Notes: generated from the sequence alone by a model not told the origin. 64,000 nt of DNA from a candidate division FCPU426 bacterium (GCA_963719085.1 CAVRAL010000004.1:96001-160000); one strand, 5' to 3'; positions 10,745 to 21,559 are shown, numbered from the stretch's first letter. Numbers and translations are program-made.

Positions 10745-11931
10745 GCAACCGTTCCTTCCTGGGCCGGGGCCGGACCCATGCCGATGACTTCTCGGTAGAT
10801 GCGCCTGAGTTTAGCCGTTAATACTTTCGTCGAATAGAGCTCACAGGCCCTTTCCCGGGCTTTGCGGCGGAAGGAAACGCGATAGTTTTGCTTCATCGAC
10901 AGCAGGACCCGCGCCAATCCTTCGGCGTCACCCGGGGGAAAAACCCTCGCGGCGTCACCCACGGCTTGGGTGATGCCCCCGCAATCCGAGCCCATCACCG
11001 GCACTCCGCAAGCCATGGCTTCCAGTATGGAATAGGGGCCCTGCTCGATCCAACCCCGGGTGGGAATACTGGGAAGGATGAATAGGTGGGCCAACCGGTA
11101 ATACCGGGGCATTTGGGCGTAATCCACAAAACCCGCCAAATGCGCTGACTTTTCAAGGCCGTTGCGCTCGATCCATGCCCTTCCCCCTTCCTCATCCCGG
11201 CCCACGATCAGCACATGCAGGTCTTTTTCTTTTTCCCTGAGTTTTTTCACGGCTTCCAGGAGCGTGAAAACCCCTTTGCTTTTCGCGATACGCGCCACGC
11301 AGATCACGACGAAAGCGTCCGCCGGAATCCCCAGGGATTCCCGCAATTTCGCGTCCGGCTTCCCCGGGAAAAAATGATCGGCGTCCACCGCGCTGGAGAT
11401 CATCCGCATACGCTCGTCCGGCACGCCCTCTTCCCGCAAGGCGGCGGCCGCGGCTTCGTTCACCGGAAGAAAAAGGTCCGCTTGTTCCTTCACCGCCGCC
11501 TTGATTCTTCTTTCCATGAACTTATGCTCGTTCAAGTGGGGAATATTTTCCTCTTCGGTGACAACCAAGCGGCCGCCCCACTTTCGTTTGGCCAGGGCCG
11601 CCTCATAACTGAAACAAAACGAATGGTCCCGAATGTGGTAAATGTCAAAACCCTTCAAATGATTCACGATGCCGCAAAAAGAATGGGTACGGCCTGTGAG
11701 CTTGTCCCGCGCCGCCTGCCATTTACGTTTTTCCCGTTCAAAGGGGGTCTTCCCCGCGATGGGACACCAAAGGGTCTGCTGGGGGATCGCGATGCGGGAG
11801 GTATCGAACATCCCCACATGCGGACCAAAAGTCGTGATGTCGAACTCATCCCGCATTTTCGCGTAATTTTGCATTTCAAAGGGATTCAACAACGGCCCCC
11901 GAAGGAGGGCCACCTTGGGTTTGGTTTTCAT
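10741..11931 (-). CDS. glycosyltransferase family 4
   Basis: VARIAKSKG, FILPS..WIEQGPYSILEAMACGVPV (EX7E motif). Confidence 0.93.
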   Translation of the reverse strand: MKTKPKVALLRGPLLNPFEMQNYAKMRDEFDITTFGPHVGMFDTSRIAIPQQTLWCPIAGKTPFEREKRKWQAARDKLTGRTHSFCGIVNHLKGFDIYHIRDHSFCFSYEAALAKRKWGGRLVVTEEENIPHLNEHKFMERRIKAAVKEQADLFLPVNEAAAAALREEGVPDERMRMISSAVDADHFFPGKPDAKLRESLGIPADAFVVICVARIAKSKGVFTLLEAVKKLREKEKDLHVLIVGRDEEGGRAWIERNGLEKSAHLAGFVDYAQMPRYYRLAHLFILPSIPTRGWIEQGPYSILEAMACGVPVMGSDCGGITQAVGDAARVFPPGDAEGLARVLLSMKQNYRVSFRRKARERACELYSTKVLTAKLRRIYREVIGMGPAPAQEGTVA

Positions 11932-12989
11932 CGGTTCCTCCTGAATGCCCGTTTCACCGCCCCTTCCACTAAATCAACACTCAAGTCGTTCATGCACTTG
12001 AAATGGCCCAGCGGACAGGAAGCGCGGCCATGGGCGTCGCAAGGCCGGCAGGTTAACCCTAAGTTTTCCACGACCGTATGCGGGCCCCAAGGAGCGAATC
12101 CCAAAGCGGGCGTCGTGGAGCCAAAAATCGCCACGACCCGCGCGCCCCGCCCCGAGGCCAAATGGGTCAACCCCGAGTCATTTCCGATAAAAAGATCGCA
12201 GCGGCCTAAAAGCGCGATGGACTGTTCCAAGCTTTGGTCTTCGGCCAAATTCAGGCCCCGCTCCAAGGGGGAGACCGTCATTTGGGATTGGATTTCCCGG
12301 ATGAGCGTCGCCTCCGCCCGACTTCCAAACCACAATAGCTTACAGCGGTCATCTTCCACCAAACGGGAGGCCAGCTCCGCGTAACGCTCCGGAAGCCATC
12401 GTTTGGTGGCCCACAAGGACCCCGGCCCGATCCCCACCACGGTCTGGGAGGGGGCGATGCGGCGGCGCTGCAAAAATTCCCGCAGGTAGCTCTCTCCTTT
12501 TCGGCCGACCGAAACCGTGAAGGGAACCCGAACCGGCATGGCGATTCCCAATTGTTCCAAAGGCTTCAGGTATTTTTGAATGGTGTGGAGGGACGGGGCT
12601 TTCCGCAGACGGTGCACGATCAGGCGCCGACTCACCGCCTCTTTATCGTAAATCAAAACTCGGGGTGGACGAAGGAACAGGGCCGCCAGATGGCTTCGAA
12701 GCGAGTCATGCAGGTCCAAAATCAGGTCAGGCTTGATTTCTTTCAGGCGGCGAAAATGGGCCCAAAGGCCGAATAATCCCTTGTTTTCCAACGGGATAAC
12801 GCCGGTGAGCGCCGGGTGATTTTCAATGGCCGGCGCGAAAACGGACTTGGTGGCAAAGTAGATGGAAGCGTTCGGAAAGGACCCGGCCAGCAAATCAATC
12901 GCCGGATTGGTGAGGGCCACGTCCCCCAGGGACGAGTAACGCAGAACCAAAATGCTTCGGGGCGTGGGCGGAGGATTCACGTTGGCCAA
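11928..12989 (-). CDS. glycosyltransferase family 9
   Basis: RYSSLGDVAL, PGSLWATKRW, GNDSGLTHLA, CRPCDAHG..CPLGHFKCM. Confidence 0.93.
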   Translation of the reverse strand: MANVNPPPTPRSILVLRYSSLGDVALTNPAIDLLAGSFPNASIYFATKSVFAPAIENHPALTGVIPLENKGLFGLWAHFRRLKEIKPDLILDLHDSLRSHLAALFLRPPRVLIYDKEAVSRRLIVHRLRKAPSLHTIQKYLKPLEQLGIAMPVRVPFTVSVGRKGESYLREFLQRRRIAPSQTVVGIGPGSLWATKRWLPERYAELASRLVEDDRCKLLWFGSRAEATLIREIQSQMTVSPLERGLNLAEDQSLEQSIALLGRCDLFIGNDSGLTHLASGRGARVVAIFGSTTPALGFAPWGPHTVVENLGLTCRPCDAHGRASCPLGHFKCMNDLSVDLVEGAVKRAFRRNR

Positions 12990-13010
12990 ATGTTTCTCAC
13001 CTTATCCATT

Positions 13011-14132
13011 TTAAGTTTTTGAGCTGGCCAGTGAGAGCGTTTTTAAAAGGGTTTCCCATTGAGCCTTGCCCCCGCTGACTTGCCATTCGATTTCGTGGAC
13101 CAGGATGGGAATTTCCAGCGTCAAATCCCGGGGCAGTTTAACCTCGTCCTTCTCCGTGGTCACCAGGTATTGAAGCCCCCGAAGTTTGGCGTCCGCCAGG
13201 ATTTCCTCGGTATTTTCCCGGGTATAAACAAAATGATCGGGAAAGTGATAAGCGTGCCGCACGAAAATTTTATCGTCGGCCAGGGTGCGCACCACCGATA
13301 AAGGATTTCCCACGCCCGAAAAAACGCCCACGGGCAGCCGGTCCAGGCTCGCGGGCTTCACTTCCTGGCCGGTCTTAAAATCTCGCAGCCGCAAAGAAAC
13401 ATACCGGGATTCCACCACGTAGGCCCGGGGGTTATGTTTTTGAAGCACGGTCCGGATATCCTCAACGCTTCGGGCCAGGTTGACCCGGTTGACCACGAAA
13501 AGGTTGGCTTCCGAAAGCGCGCTCAAGGGCTCCCGTAAAAGACCCGCGGGCAAAACCGCGCCCGTGCTGAAAGGATTGATGCCGTCGACCACCAAAATGT
13601 CCAGATCCCGGTGAAAATCAAACCGGCGCTGATAGCCGTCGTCGAGGATGAACAGATCGGGTTTGAAAATTTTAAGCGCCTCCAGCCCGCTTTGGTAGCG
13701 GTCCTTGCCCACCAACACCGCGGCCTTGGGAACTTTTTTGGCGATCAAAACAGGCTCATCACCCCCCTCGTCCGGCGTGACCAATAAATTTTTACCATCC
13801 GAAACCCATAAAAAAGGCGAGGCCTTTTTCGACCGGCCGTAGCCGCGGCTCAGGACCGCCACCCTTTTTCCCTGGGCGCAAAAATGACGGGCCAAGGAAA
13901 TCACCACCGGCGTTTTACCCGTCCCCCCCGTGGTGATGTTTCCCACGCTGATCACCGGGCAGGCGAGCCTGCGGCGCCGAAGCAGCCCGCCCCGGTAGGC
14001 CGTTTTTTTGGCGGTCCAGCCGGCCAAATAAAAATAAGAAAGGAATTTCAAAAAAGCCGCCAGGGCTTTTTGCGCGAAGGTTTTGGGCTTATCGTGCAGG
14101 AACTTCAGATAGGCTTCTTGAAAGCTTCCCAT
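13011..14132 (-). CDS. lpxK: tetraacyldisaccharide 4'-kinase
   Basis: VISVGNITTGGTGKTP, LSRGYG, GDEP, LDDGYQ, LPAGLLREP, FPDH, TTEKD. Confidence 0.97.
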   Translation of the reverse strand: MGSFQEAYLKFLHDKPKTFAQKALAAFLKFLSYFYLAGWTAKKTAYRGGLLRRRRLACPVISVGNITTGGTGKTPVVISLARHFCAQGKRVAVLSRGYGRSKKASPFLWVSDGKNLLVTPDEGGDEPVLIAKKVPKAAVLVGKDRYQSGLEALKIFKPDLFILDDGYQRRFDFHRDLDILVVDGINPFSTGAVLPAGLLREPLSALSEANLFVVNRVNLARSVEDIRTVLQKHNPRAYVVESRYVSLRLRDFKTGQEVKPASLDRLPVGVFSGVGNPLSVVRTLADDKIFVRHAYHFPDHFVYTRENTEEILADAKLRGLQYLVTTEKDEVKLPRDLTLEIPILVHEIEWQVSGGKAQWETLLKTLSLASSKT

Positions 14133-14180
14133 GGGACACCTTTTTTTCAGGTTGGACGCGGTCCGTAACGGGAACGGCGC

Positions 14181-15476
14181 CTATCGGCTCTTGATCCGCG
14201 CGTCCGGCAAGTAGGCTAAAACGGCCTTGAGATTTTTTTCTGTCGCGCCTTGAAGCGCTTGGACCGATTGCCGGGCCCTTTCTCCCGCGATCCGGGATGG
14301 AGCCGGGTCGATCAGCTTGGCCAAATCGGGAATTAATTCCCGCGCGCTCGATCCCTGAAAACCTCCGCCTTGCGCCAGCAAAACCTCCACCGCTTCCGAA
14401 ACATTTTGGGTATGGGGTCCAAACAACACCGGGACGGCGGAAAGGGCCGGTTCCATGACATTATGCCCGCCAATGGGCACCAGGGTGCCCCCCACGAAAG
14501 CCGCCCGCGATAAATGATAAGCTAAAGATAACTCCCCCACCGTATCCAACACAAGCACCCGCGTCGAAACATCGCCGGCGCGCGAGCGGCTTCGGAGCGC
14601 GCTCGCCACTTTCATGTCCGCCAGTTTTTTTTGAAATGGTTCGGCGTTTTTGATGTGGCGTGGCGCCAAGATAAGCTTCAGCTTTGGAAACCGGGCTAAA
14701 AGACCGGGAATCTCCGGAATCCACTGGTCCTCTTCCCCTTCGCGAAGGCTGCCCAGGGTAATGAGCTCATCCTCCGACCCCAAGCCTAAAGAAGCGCCCC
14801 ATTCCCTCGCCCGGGCGTCCGAAGGCGCCCGCAGGTCATATTTCATCTGGCCCATCACTTGAATTCTTTTTTCAGGGACGCCTAAGTCCATCAGCTTGTC
14901 CCGGTCCCCGGGGGTTTGAACCAAGCATTGGTTAAAACATTTGAGCGCCGGTCCAAAAAGACCCCGCAAATGCCGATAGGCAGGAAAACTTTTATCCGAA
15001 ACCCGGCCATTCACCAAAAGAATGGGTATCTGGTTTTGGAGCGCGCGAAACAGCCAATTAGGCCAAAATTCGGTTTCCGCGATAAGAATGATCGAAGGCC
15101 GGAACGCGCGGAAGGCCCGCCGCAAGGGCCTGGTCATATCCAACGGCGCTAAAAAAACAAAATCCGCCAATTTTTTCTCGATCGCCAATTTTTTTCCGGT
15201 CCGGGACGTGGTGGTCAAAACAAGCTTCACGCCGGGGCAAGCTTCCCGCAAGGCTTGGCTAAAGGAAAGCATGGCGTTCACCTCGCCCGCGGAAGCGGCG
15301 TGGATCCAAACGTTCTCCCCCAGGGCCAGAGGTTTCGTTTCTTCGGACGGATAAAAACCCAGGCGCTCCCGCGAGGGTTCTTTCGCGAAAAAACCGATGA
15401 GCCCCGCCAGCGGGTAAAGAAGATCGAGAACCCATTGGTATAAAGTGACCGTGGTTGTTTTTCGCTGGGAGGTCAT
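14181..15476 (-). CDS. waaA: 3-deoxy-D-manno-octulosonic acid (Kdo) transferase
   Basis: WIHAASAGE, ETEFWPN, APRH, DTVGEL, GGHNVMEP. Confidence 0.97.
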   Translation of the reverse strand: MTSQRKTTTVTLYQWVLDLLYPLAGLIGFFAKEPSRERLGFYPSEETKPLALGENVWIHAASAGEVNAMLSFSQALREACPGVKLVLTTTSRTGKKLAIEKKLADFVFLAPLDMTRPLRRAFRAFRPSIILIAETEFWPNWLFRALQNQIPILLVNGRVSDKSFPAYRHLRGLFGPALKCFNQCLVQTPGDRDKLMDLGVPEKRIQVMGQMKYDLRAPSDARAREWGASLGLGSEDELITLGSLREGEEDQWIPEIPGLLARFPKLKLILAPRHIKNAEPFQKKLADMKVASALRSRSRAGDVSTRVLVLDTVGELSLAYHLSRAAFVGGTLVPIGGHNVMEPALSAVPVLFGPHTQNVSEAVEVLLAQGGGFQGSSARELIPDLAKLIDPAPSRIAGERARQSVQALQGATEKNLKAVLAYLPDARIKSR

Positions 15477-16138
15477 TCGGCTGTCTTTTCGCCGAAGTAT
15501 TTTTCCGCGACGCTTTGTATCCGGTCCATTTCACCCTGAATCTGGGTTAAATAGGCCTTGTCCTCGCCGCCTTCGACTGGAATCCGGATGGGCTCGCCAT
15601 AAACAAAGACCGCCCGGCTGAAGGGTTTGGGAATGATGAACCGGTCCCAGCTTTTTAAACGCCAGCATTTTTCCGCCTCAAAGGTAAAAGGCACTACGGG
15701 CCTTCCCGAAAGCCGGGCGATCGTCACCACTCCCGGTTTCAATTGCCGCCGCGGGCCCCGGGGGCCATCCGGCGTGATGGCCGACCGCTTTCCGTCTTTC
15801 AAGTTGTCCACCATCTCGGTCGCCGCTTCCTTGCCGCCCTTGGACGAGGAGCCCCGCACCGGCACATAGCCGAATAGTTTCGCGATGGTCGAGATCAGCT
15901 CCCCATCCCGGCTGGCCGAGATCATCACACGCACCTTTTGCCGCCGGTGGTACCAAACGCTCATTAAGATCGTCTCGTGCCAAAGCGCCCACAACGGGGG
16001 CTCTTCTTGTTTTCCCCGCGGGCCCAAGTCGCCCCGCCCCACTTCGCGGACGCGCAAGGTCAATCCCAATAAATAAATGAGGGGCGTCGCGATCAGCAGG
16101 ATAAGCCAATCGGTAGGTTTCAGGGAATAGGTCTTCAC
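15473..16138 (-). CDS. DUF374 acyltransferase-family protein (LpxJ-like late acyltransferase candidate)
   Basis: ALWH, ISASRDGE, VRGSS, ITPDGPRGP, SWDRFIIPKPFS; lies between lpxB and waaA. Confidence 0.85.
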   Translation of the reverse strand: MKTYSLKPTDWLILLIATPLIYLLGLTLRVREVGRGDLGPRGKQEEPPLWALWHETILMSVWYHRRQKVRVMISASRDGELISTIAKLFGYVPVRGSSSKGGKEAATEMVDNLKDGKRSAITPDGPRGPRRQLKPGVVTIARLSGRPVVPFTFEAEKCWRLKSWDRFIIPKPFSRAVFVYGEPIRIPVEGGEDKAYLTQIQGEMDRIQSVAEKYFGEKTAE

Positions 16139-17289
16139 GAAAGCTCCGAAAGGAGCTTGAGCATTTCCCGGGCGGCCATCCGGGACGAGGACAGGGGCGT
16201 GGCCAAGCTTTCGCGGATGGACGCGAAGGAATTTAATTGGGCTTTGCGGACCTGATTGGAATCTAAGATTTTATTCGTTTCTTCCACCAAAAGCTCGACG
16301 GTGGCCCTTTCTTGCAAAAGTTCCGGAACCACCGGCTTGTCGGCCAGCAAATTGACCAATCCCACATAACGGATCTTTAAAAGCCGTTTGGCTAAGTAGC
16401 CTGTCAAAGCCGCGACCTTATAAACCAATACCATGGGCGTTCCCAGGAGGGCCGTCTCCAAGGTGCTGGTGCCCGACTTGACCCAAGCCAAATCGCAGAT
16501 TCGCCGCAAATCAAAAGCCGGGGCATCCACAAAAAAGAAAGGATCCCCGGGCTTCAGTCCCGGATAGTCCTCAAACTGAAGGGCCCGAGGCTTGGGAACC
16601 AAAAAAGCGGAGTCCGGATGGTTTTGGCGAACCCGACGGGCGGCTTCCAGGTAAAGGGGCCAGATTTTTTCCAACTCGCTTTTTCGGCTTCCCGGCATGG
16701 CGCTAATCAAGGGAAAATGGGAGGCGGGAATTCCGGCTTTTTTCAGCGCCGTCGATCGGGCCGGGCCCTCGGCGGAAACCTGTTCCATCAAGGGATGTCC
16801 CACATAAACGGCCGGCATGCCTTCCCGCTCAAAAAACTTTTTCTCAAACGGCAGGATCACCAAAAGTTTGCGGATGACTTGTTTCATGGTTTTCAACCTG
16901 TCCCGATGCCAGGCCCAAACCTGGGGCGCGATATAATAACAAACCGGGATTCCCAAGGCTTTCGCCCGTTTGGCCAGGCGCAGGTTGAAGCCCGGATAAT
17001 CCACCAGCCATAAAAAGTCGGGTTTTTCCTCTTTCAACCATTTTTCACATTGGGCAAAGCGGCGCCGAAGCAGGGGATAATGTTTTACCACCTCGACGAA
17101 CCCCATAATGGCCGGCTGGGTGAGATCCTCGCGGATATCCGCGCCGGCCGCCTTTAAGGCGGGGCCGCCCATCCCGAAAATTTTAATCTTTTTTCCCGAC
17201 CGCGCCAGCGCCCCCGCCACTTGGGCCGCGTGGATGTCGCCGGAAGGATCACCCGCCACCACCATAATTTTCTTTTTCAAAGGAGCCAT
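16135..17289 (-). CDS. lpxB: lipid-A-disaccharide synthase
   Basis: VAGDPSGD, VDYPGFNL, APQVWAW, VGHPL, PGSRKSE, KSGTSTLE, VPELLQ. Confidence 0.97.
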   Translation of the reverse strand: MAPLKKKIMVVAGDPSGDIHAAQVAGALARSGKKIKIFGMGGPALKAAGADIREDLTQPAIMGFVEVVKHYPLLRRRFAQCEKWLKEEKPDFLWLVDYPGFNLRLAKRAKALGIPVCYYIAPQVWAWHRDRLKTMKQVIRKLLVILPFEKKFFEREGMPAVYVGHPLMEQVSAEGPARSTALKKAGIPASHFPLISAMPGSRKSELEKIWPLYLEAARRVRQNHPDSAFLVPKPRALQFEDYPGLKPGDPFFFVDAPAFDLRRICDLAWVKSGTSTLETALLGTPMVLVYKVAALTGYLAKRLLKIRYVGLVNLLADKPVVPELLQERATVELLVEETNKILDSNQVRKAQLNSFASIRESLATPLSSSRMAAREMLKLLSELS

Positions 17290-17301
17290 GGGCAAACGCG
17301 C

Positions 17302-18462
17302 CTAATAATCGACGGGCGCGGGAATGATGGTGAAGCGGAAACTGAAATAACCCAAAACCGCGTAGCCTTCATCCCATTTCTCATAGGCCAAGTTGAAGGC
17401 GAAAAGACCGTCAATCTTGCTGTTCAAAAGAATGGGATTGTGGTCCAGGAAAAAGGGTTTCCACAACTCAAACCGCACGTTGGTCCCGAGCATCTTTGTG
17501 TTAAATCCGGTGTAAAAGAGATAATCGGCCGAACTTCCCAGATCATCCGAAAGCTTCGCCGTGAACATGGGCAAAAGGTCGCCATAATTAAAATAAGGGA
17601 CAAAATTACCGAGACCGATTTTCGCGAAGGGGTCATGCAATCCCACCATCATGCCCGCGTGGACAGCCGAGTTATTGTCGATTTTTTTGCTGGCAACGGT
17701 GTAAAAGCCGCCCATGGAACTTCCGGACAGCTGGAAGCTGGAGGTCTGCTGGCCCGGCGACTGTCCGCTGGAACCGGCCGTGGAATCATCGCTCCCTCCC
17801 GAAATGAGCAGCGACAACATGGTCCCCGAGGCGATCGCCGGCATGTCCCCGTTCTCATCCACCCAGCCGTATTTAACATCGCTGGTCAAAAGCCAAAGCC
17901 GTAAGGGATTTAAAAAGTCGGTGCTTGACTCGCCTTTTTCGTGTTCGGCGATGGTCCCGATGAAATAAGAAAAGCTCAGATCCCAGTTCAAATCATTACT
18001 GTAAAACAAACCATTGGAATAAGCCGTGGGAAGCAAAGCCAGTCCGGAGCGGTCAATGGACGGCGTATTGGTGATCGTGGGCGTGGCCGTGTCCGGCGGA
18101 GTGATGGTTCCCGTGGGGGTAAAGGTGGAGGTCATGATCGGGGTCCAAGTGTCGGTCGGGGTTTGATTCAAACTGAAAAAATTGGGCGTGGGAGTGGCCG
18201 TATTGGTGGCCCAAGGGTCCCAGGTAAAGGTGTAAGTGGGGGTGGCGAAGGGGTTGAGGGTGCTGGTCGCCGTGGGCTCGGGCGAGAGCGATAAAGCCGG
18301 GGTCGGGGTCCCCGTGGGGCTTTGGGCCGGCGACGCTAGGGGCGAAAGGGTGGGCGCCGGGGTATTTTGCGCCCGGGCTCCGGAAGATAAAAGAAAAAGT
18401 CCCAGGCTAACGCAGGATATAAACCTTAACGTTCTTGCGGCCGAACTGGACGGCCTGCTCAT
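17302..18462 (-). CDS. hypothetical exported protein: Pro/Thr-rich N-terminus, probable beta-barrel-like C-terminal domain
   Basis: Signal-like segment ending ARA|Q, PT-rich stretch, amphipathic beta strands ending YAVLGYFSFRF; start uncertain because ATG 18462 overlaps the upstream gene by 56 nt. Confidence 0.7.
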   Translation of the reverse strand: MSRPSSSAARTLRFISCVSLGLFLLSSGARAQNTPAPTLSPLASPAQSPTGTPTPALSLSPEPTATSTLNPFATPTYTFTWDPWATNTATPTPNFFSLNQTPTDTWTPIMTSTFTPTGTITPPDTATPTITNTPSIDRSGLALLPTAYSNGLFYSNDLNWDLSFSYFIGTIAEHEKGESSTDFLNPLRLWLLTSDVKYGWVDENGDMPAIASGTMLSLLISGGSDDSTAGSSGQSPGQQTSSFQLSGSSMGGFYTVASKKIDNNSAVHAGMMVGLHDPFAKIGLGNFVPYFNYGDLLPMFTAKLSDDLGSSADYLFYTGFNTKMLGTNVRFELWKPFFLDHNPILLNSKIDGLFAFNLAYEKWDEGYAVLGYFSFRFTIIPAPVDY

Positions 18463-19237
18463 AAGTGTCGAAACAAAGGTCAATGCGGTTTCCTTTAATG
18501 GCGCCGCCCACATCGCCCGCGATGGCGTAGCCGTAGCCTTCCACATACAACGGCGTCTTGAGCCGGATCACTTTCGGATCCACCGCCGCAACCCCGTAGC
18601 CCGCCTTCAAATGGGTGGAAGTATAACCCGAAGCGTAGGGCCAGGTGTCTTCCGGACCCGGATAATAAGCGCTGGCGTTCATCGTCAGGGTCTTTTTCAC
18701 CCGGGCCCGTTTGGCAAGCCGGTACATCTTCTGGCGAAGGGACGTGCCTTCCAATACTTTAGCATTCTTGGGCGCCACCAGCAGGTTGGATTTTAACACC
18801 TTCTCGAAGGCTTCTTCCCCGTTGAGAAAGAAAGATTCGGTGGTCTGTTCTTCCTGCCCATCCTGGCCCTGCTGAACGTCGATAATCTCGCCCACATCCA
18901 GGTCGTCCGTGTAATCCACCATCACCGGATGGACCACGGTCTTTTTGAAATCCTTTTCGCGGCGCTCCACCAACCCGAGGTCGATTTCCATCCCCTCGGT
19001 CACAACCGCGTCGAGGGGCGGCACCACCACATCCTCGGGTTTGAGCTCGATCCCGTGGTCTTTCAAGACCCCCGCCACCGTGGCGGCGGAGGTCGCCAGA
19101 TCGGTTTCTTTCGCCCCTTGAAACAGCGCCACATGCCAAACCGGCCCGCGGGACTTGAACCAAAACCAAAAGCCCAAAGCGCCTAAGACCCCCAAGGTTA
19201 AGACGGCCCAAGCCAGCTTTTGTTTTAGTTTATTCAT
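18407..19237 (-). CDS. YabE-like membrane-anchored DUF348-G5-3D domain protein (putative cell-wall lytic enzyme)
   Basis: N-terminal TM; TVAGVLKDHGIEL..EDVVVP (DUF348); QQGQDG (G5); ASAY..AVDPKVI..YVEGYG.AIAGDVGGAIKGNRID (3D). Confidence 0.9.
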   Translation of the reverse strand: MNKLKQKLAWAVLTLGVLGALGFWFWFKSRGPVWHVALFQGAKETDLATSAATVAGVLKDHGIELKPEDVVVPPLDAVVTEGMEIDLGLVERREKDFKKTVVHPVMVDYTDDLDVGEIIDVQQGQDGQEEQTTESFFLNGEEAFEKVLKSNLLVAPKNAKVLEGTSLRQKMYRLAKRARVKKTLTMNASAYYPGPEDTWPYASGYTSTHLKAGYGVAAVDPKVIRLKTPLYVEGYGYAIAGDVGGAIKGNRIDLCFDTYEQAVQFGRKNVKVYILR

Positions 19238-19328
19238 TTAAAGCCCAAAAGCAAAAGAGATGGTCCCCAAAAGACGGATCCGAGGGTTAAAGGGTCGAAA
19301 AACCGGCTCATCCGGAAACGGTCCAAAC

Positions 19329-19895
19329 TCATCCGTTTTTAAGGAAATTACCCAAAAGGGCTTTCCCCGATTCGGTCAAAATCGACTCCGGATGGAATTG
19401 GACCCCTTCGACCGCCAGGGTCTTATGACGCACGCCCATGATCTCGCCATCCTCGCTGGTGGCGGTCACTTCCAAAACGTCCGGAAGACTTTGCTTTTCA
19501 ATGACCAAGGAATGATACCGAGTCGCCTTGAAAGGATTGGGCAGCCCCGCGAAGACGCCCTTGCCGTCGTGGGTGATCTGGCTGGTTTTCCCGTGCATCA
19601 GCTTTCCCGCGCGAATAATGTTTCCCCCGAAAGCGTAACCGATGCTTTGGTGCCCGAGACACACGCCCAAGATCGGCACCTTGCCCGCCAATTGGCGGAT
19701 CGTGTCCACCGAGATGCCCGCTTCTTTCGGCGAACAGGGCCCCGGCGAGATTAAAATTTGGTCGGGTTGTCTTTCCAAAATCTCCGGCACGGTCACTTCG
19801 TTGTTTCGCACCACTTGGATGTCCGCGCCCATTTCGCCGAGGTATTGAACCAAGTTATAGGTAAAAGAATCGTAGTTATCGATGACCAGGATCAT
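19329..19895 (-). CDS. trpG: anthranilate synthase component II / glutamine amidotransferase (TrpG/PabA)
   Basis: [44 protein letters not shown] overlap with trpE. Confidence 0.95.
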   Translation of the reverse strand: MILVIDNYDSFTYNLVQYLGEMGADIQVVRNNEVTVPEILERQPDQILISPGPCSPKEAGISVDTIRQLAGKVPILGVCLGHQSIGYAFGGNIIRAGKLMHGKTSQITHDGKGVFAGLPNPFKATRYHSLVIEKQSLPDVLEVTATSEDGEIMGVRHKTLAVEGVQFHPESILTESGKALLGNFLKNG

Positions 19896-21559
19896 TTCGA
19901 ACCGCCTTTCCGGGCAGCTTTCGTGGAACTTTTTGATTTCGGTTTGTGATTGGCCGTCCTTGGCGCCTGCCACAACATTGGTTTACTGGTAACGGGACCG
20001 CCCTTGGGCGTAGCGCCTTGGCGGTAAAATTGGTTTTCCGCTTGATGAATCGCCATCAGCACCGCCCGGGCCTTATTGCAGGATTCCAAATATTCGCTTT
20101 CCGAAACCGAGTCCGCTACCAATCCGGCTCCCGCCTGGACATAGGCGGTGAGTTTGCCCGAGCCCTTCGGCTTCAAAACCGCCGAGCGGATCGTAATGGC
20201 GGAGTCCATATTGCCGTCAAACCCAAAGGCCACCACGGCGCCGCCGTAAATCCCGCGTTGGGACGGTTCCAGTTCCTCGATAATTTCCATCGCACGGATT
20301 TTGGGCGCGCCCGAGAGGGTTCCCGCCGGAAAGCAGGATTGAAAGGCGTCAAAAGCGCTTTGGCCCTTTGCTAATTTCCCCGTGACCTCGGAAACAATGT
20401 GCATGATATGGGAATAACGCTCGACCCTTTTAAACTGCGGCACCTGGACGGTTCCGAAATCGCAGACCCGGCCCAAATCGTTGCGGGCCAAATCCACCAG
20501 CATGACGTGCTCGGCCAATTCCTTTTCGTCCTTTAAAAGGTCCTGTTCCAGTTTCAAATCTTCCGCCGGGTTTTTCCCCCGAGGGCGGCTTCCGGCGATC
20601 GGCCGGGTTTCCACCAAACCTTGTTGGACCTTGATGAACATCTCGGGCGAGGAACCCACCACTTCCACCCCTTCCAGCTTCAAGAGGAACATGTAAGGCG
20701 AGGGGTTCAAGCGGCGCAGGATCCGGTAAATGGTCACCGCGTCTGTCTTGACGTCTTTCTCAAATCGCTGGGAGCCCACCACCTGGATAATGTCCCCGGC
20801 GCGGATATATTCTTTCGATCCATCCACCATCCGGCCGAAAGCTTTGGGATTGCTGTTGGACTTAAAACCAAACAAGGTGTCGGCGCCCGATTTGTTCTCG
20901 GCCGCGGGCGCCACCGGAATTTCGGCGAAACCCTTTAAAGGTTTGGCCAGTTCCTTGTCCAAGCGGGTAATTTCTTTCACCGCCTTGGCATAGGCCTTGG
21001 CCGGGGAAATCTTCGGATCCACCGCCACGTTCACCACAATCCGGAGCGTGCGTTTGAGATGGTCGAACAAAACCAATTGATCGGTGGTCAAAAGATAAAG
21101 ATCGGGGATCTTCAGCACATCGGGCTTTCGCGCGGGCAGTTTCTCAAAATAACGCACCGCGTCGTAACCGATATAGCCGACCAGACCGCCTAAAAATCCG
21201 GCGTCGAGTAAAGGCGCTTGCTGGGTGGCGCCCATTCTATTTTTAATCTCTTGGAGCGGGTTTTTGGAGGCGAGGGTCTTGACGATCTTGCCCCGCCGGT
21301 GTTTTAAGAGGCCGTTTTTGGCCTCGAAAATTTCGGACGGGTTGAAGCCTACGATGGAATAGCGCGCCAACTGCTCGTTTTTTTCCACGCTTTCCAAAAG
21401 AAAGGCGTTTTTTCCCCGGCCCAATTTCAGATAAGCCGAAAGCGGCGTTTCCAGATCGGACTGAAGGGTCAGAAAAACCGGAATCCGGTTATAGTCCCGG
21501 GACAGTTTCGTAAATTGGTCAAGTGAGGGGGTAAGGTTGGAAGCGATGGGGGTTTTCAT
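19892..21559 (-). CDS. trpE: anthranilate synthase component I
   Basis: [58 protein letters not shown]. Confidence 0.96.
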   Translation of the reverse strand: MKTPIASNLTPSLDQFTKLSRDYNRIPVFLTLQSDLETPLSAYLKLGRGKNAFLLESVEKNEQLARYSIVGFNPSEIFEAKNGLLKHRRGKIVKTLASKNPLQEIKNRMGATQQAPLLDAGFLGGLVGYIGYDAVRYFEKLPARKPDVLKIPDLYLLTTDQLVLFDHLKRTLRIVVNVAVDPKISPAKAYAKAVKEITRLDKELAKPLKGFAEIPVAPAAENKSGADTLFGFKSNSNPKAFGRMVDGSKEYIRAGDIIQVVGSQRFEKDVKTDAVTIYRILRRLNPSPYMFLLKLEGVEVVGSSPEMFIKVQQGLVETRPIAGSRPRGKNPAEDLKLEQDLLKDEKELAEHVMLVDLARNDLGRVCDFGTVQVPQFKRVERYSHIMHIVSEVTGKLAKGQSAFDAFQSCFPAGTLSGAPKIRAMEIIEELEPSQRGIYGGAVVAFGFDGNMDSAITIRSAVLKPKGSGKLTAYVQAGAGLVADSVSESEYLESCNKARAVLMAIHQAENQFYRQGATPKGGPVTSKPMLWQAPRTANHKPKSKSSTKAARKGGSK

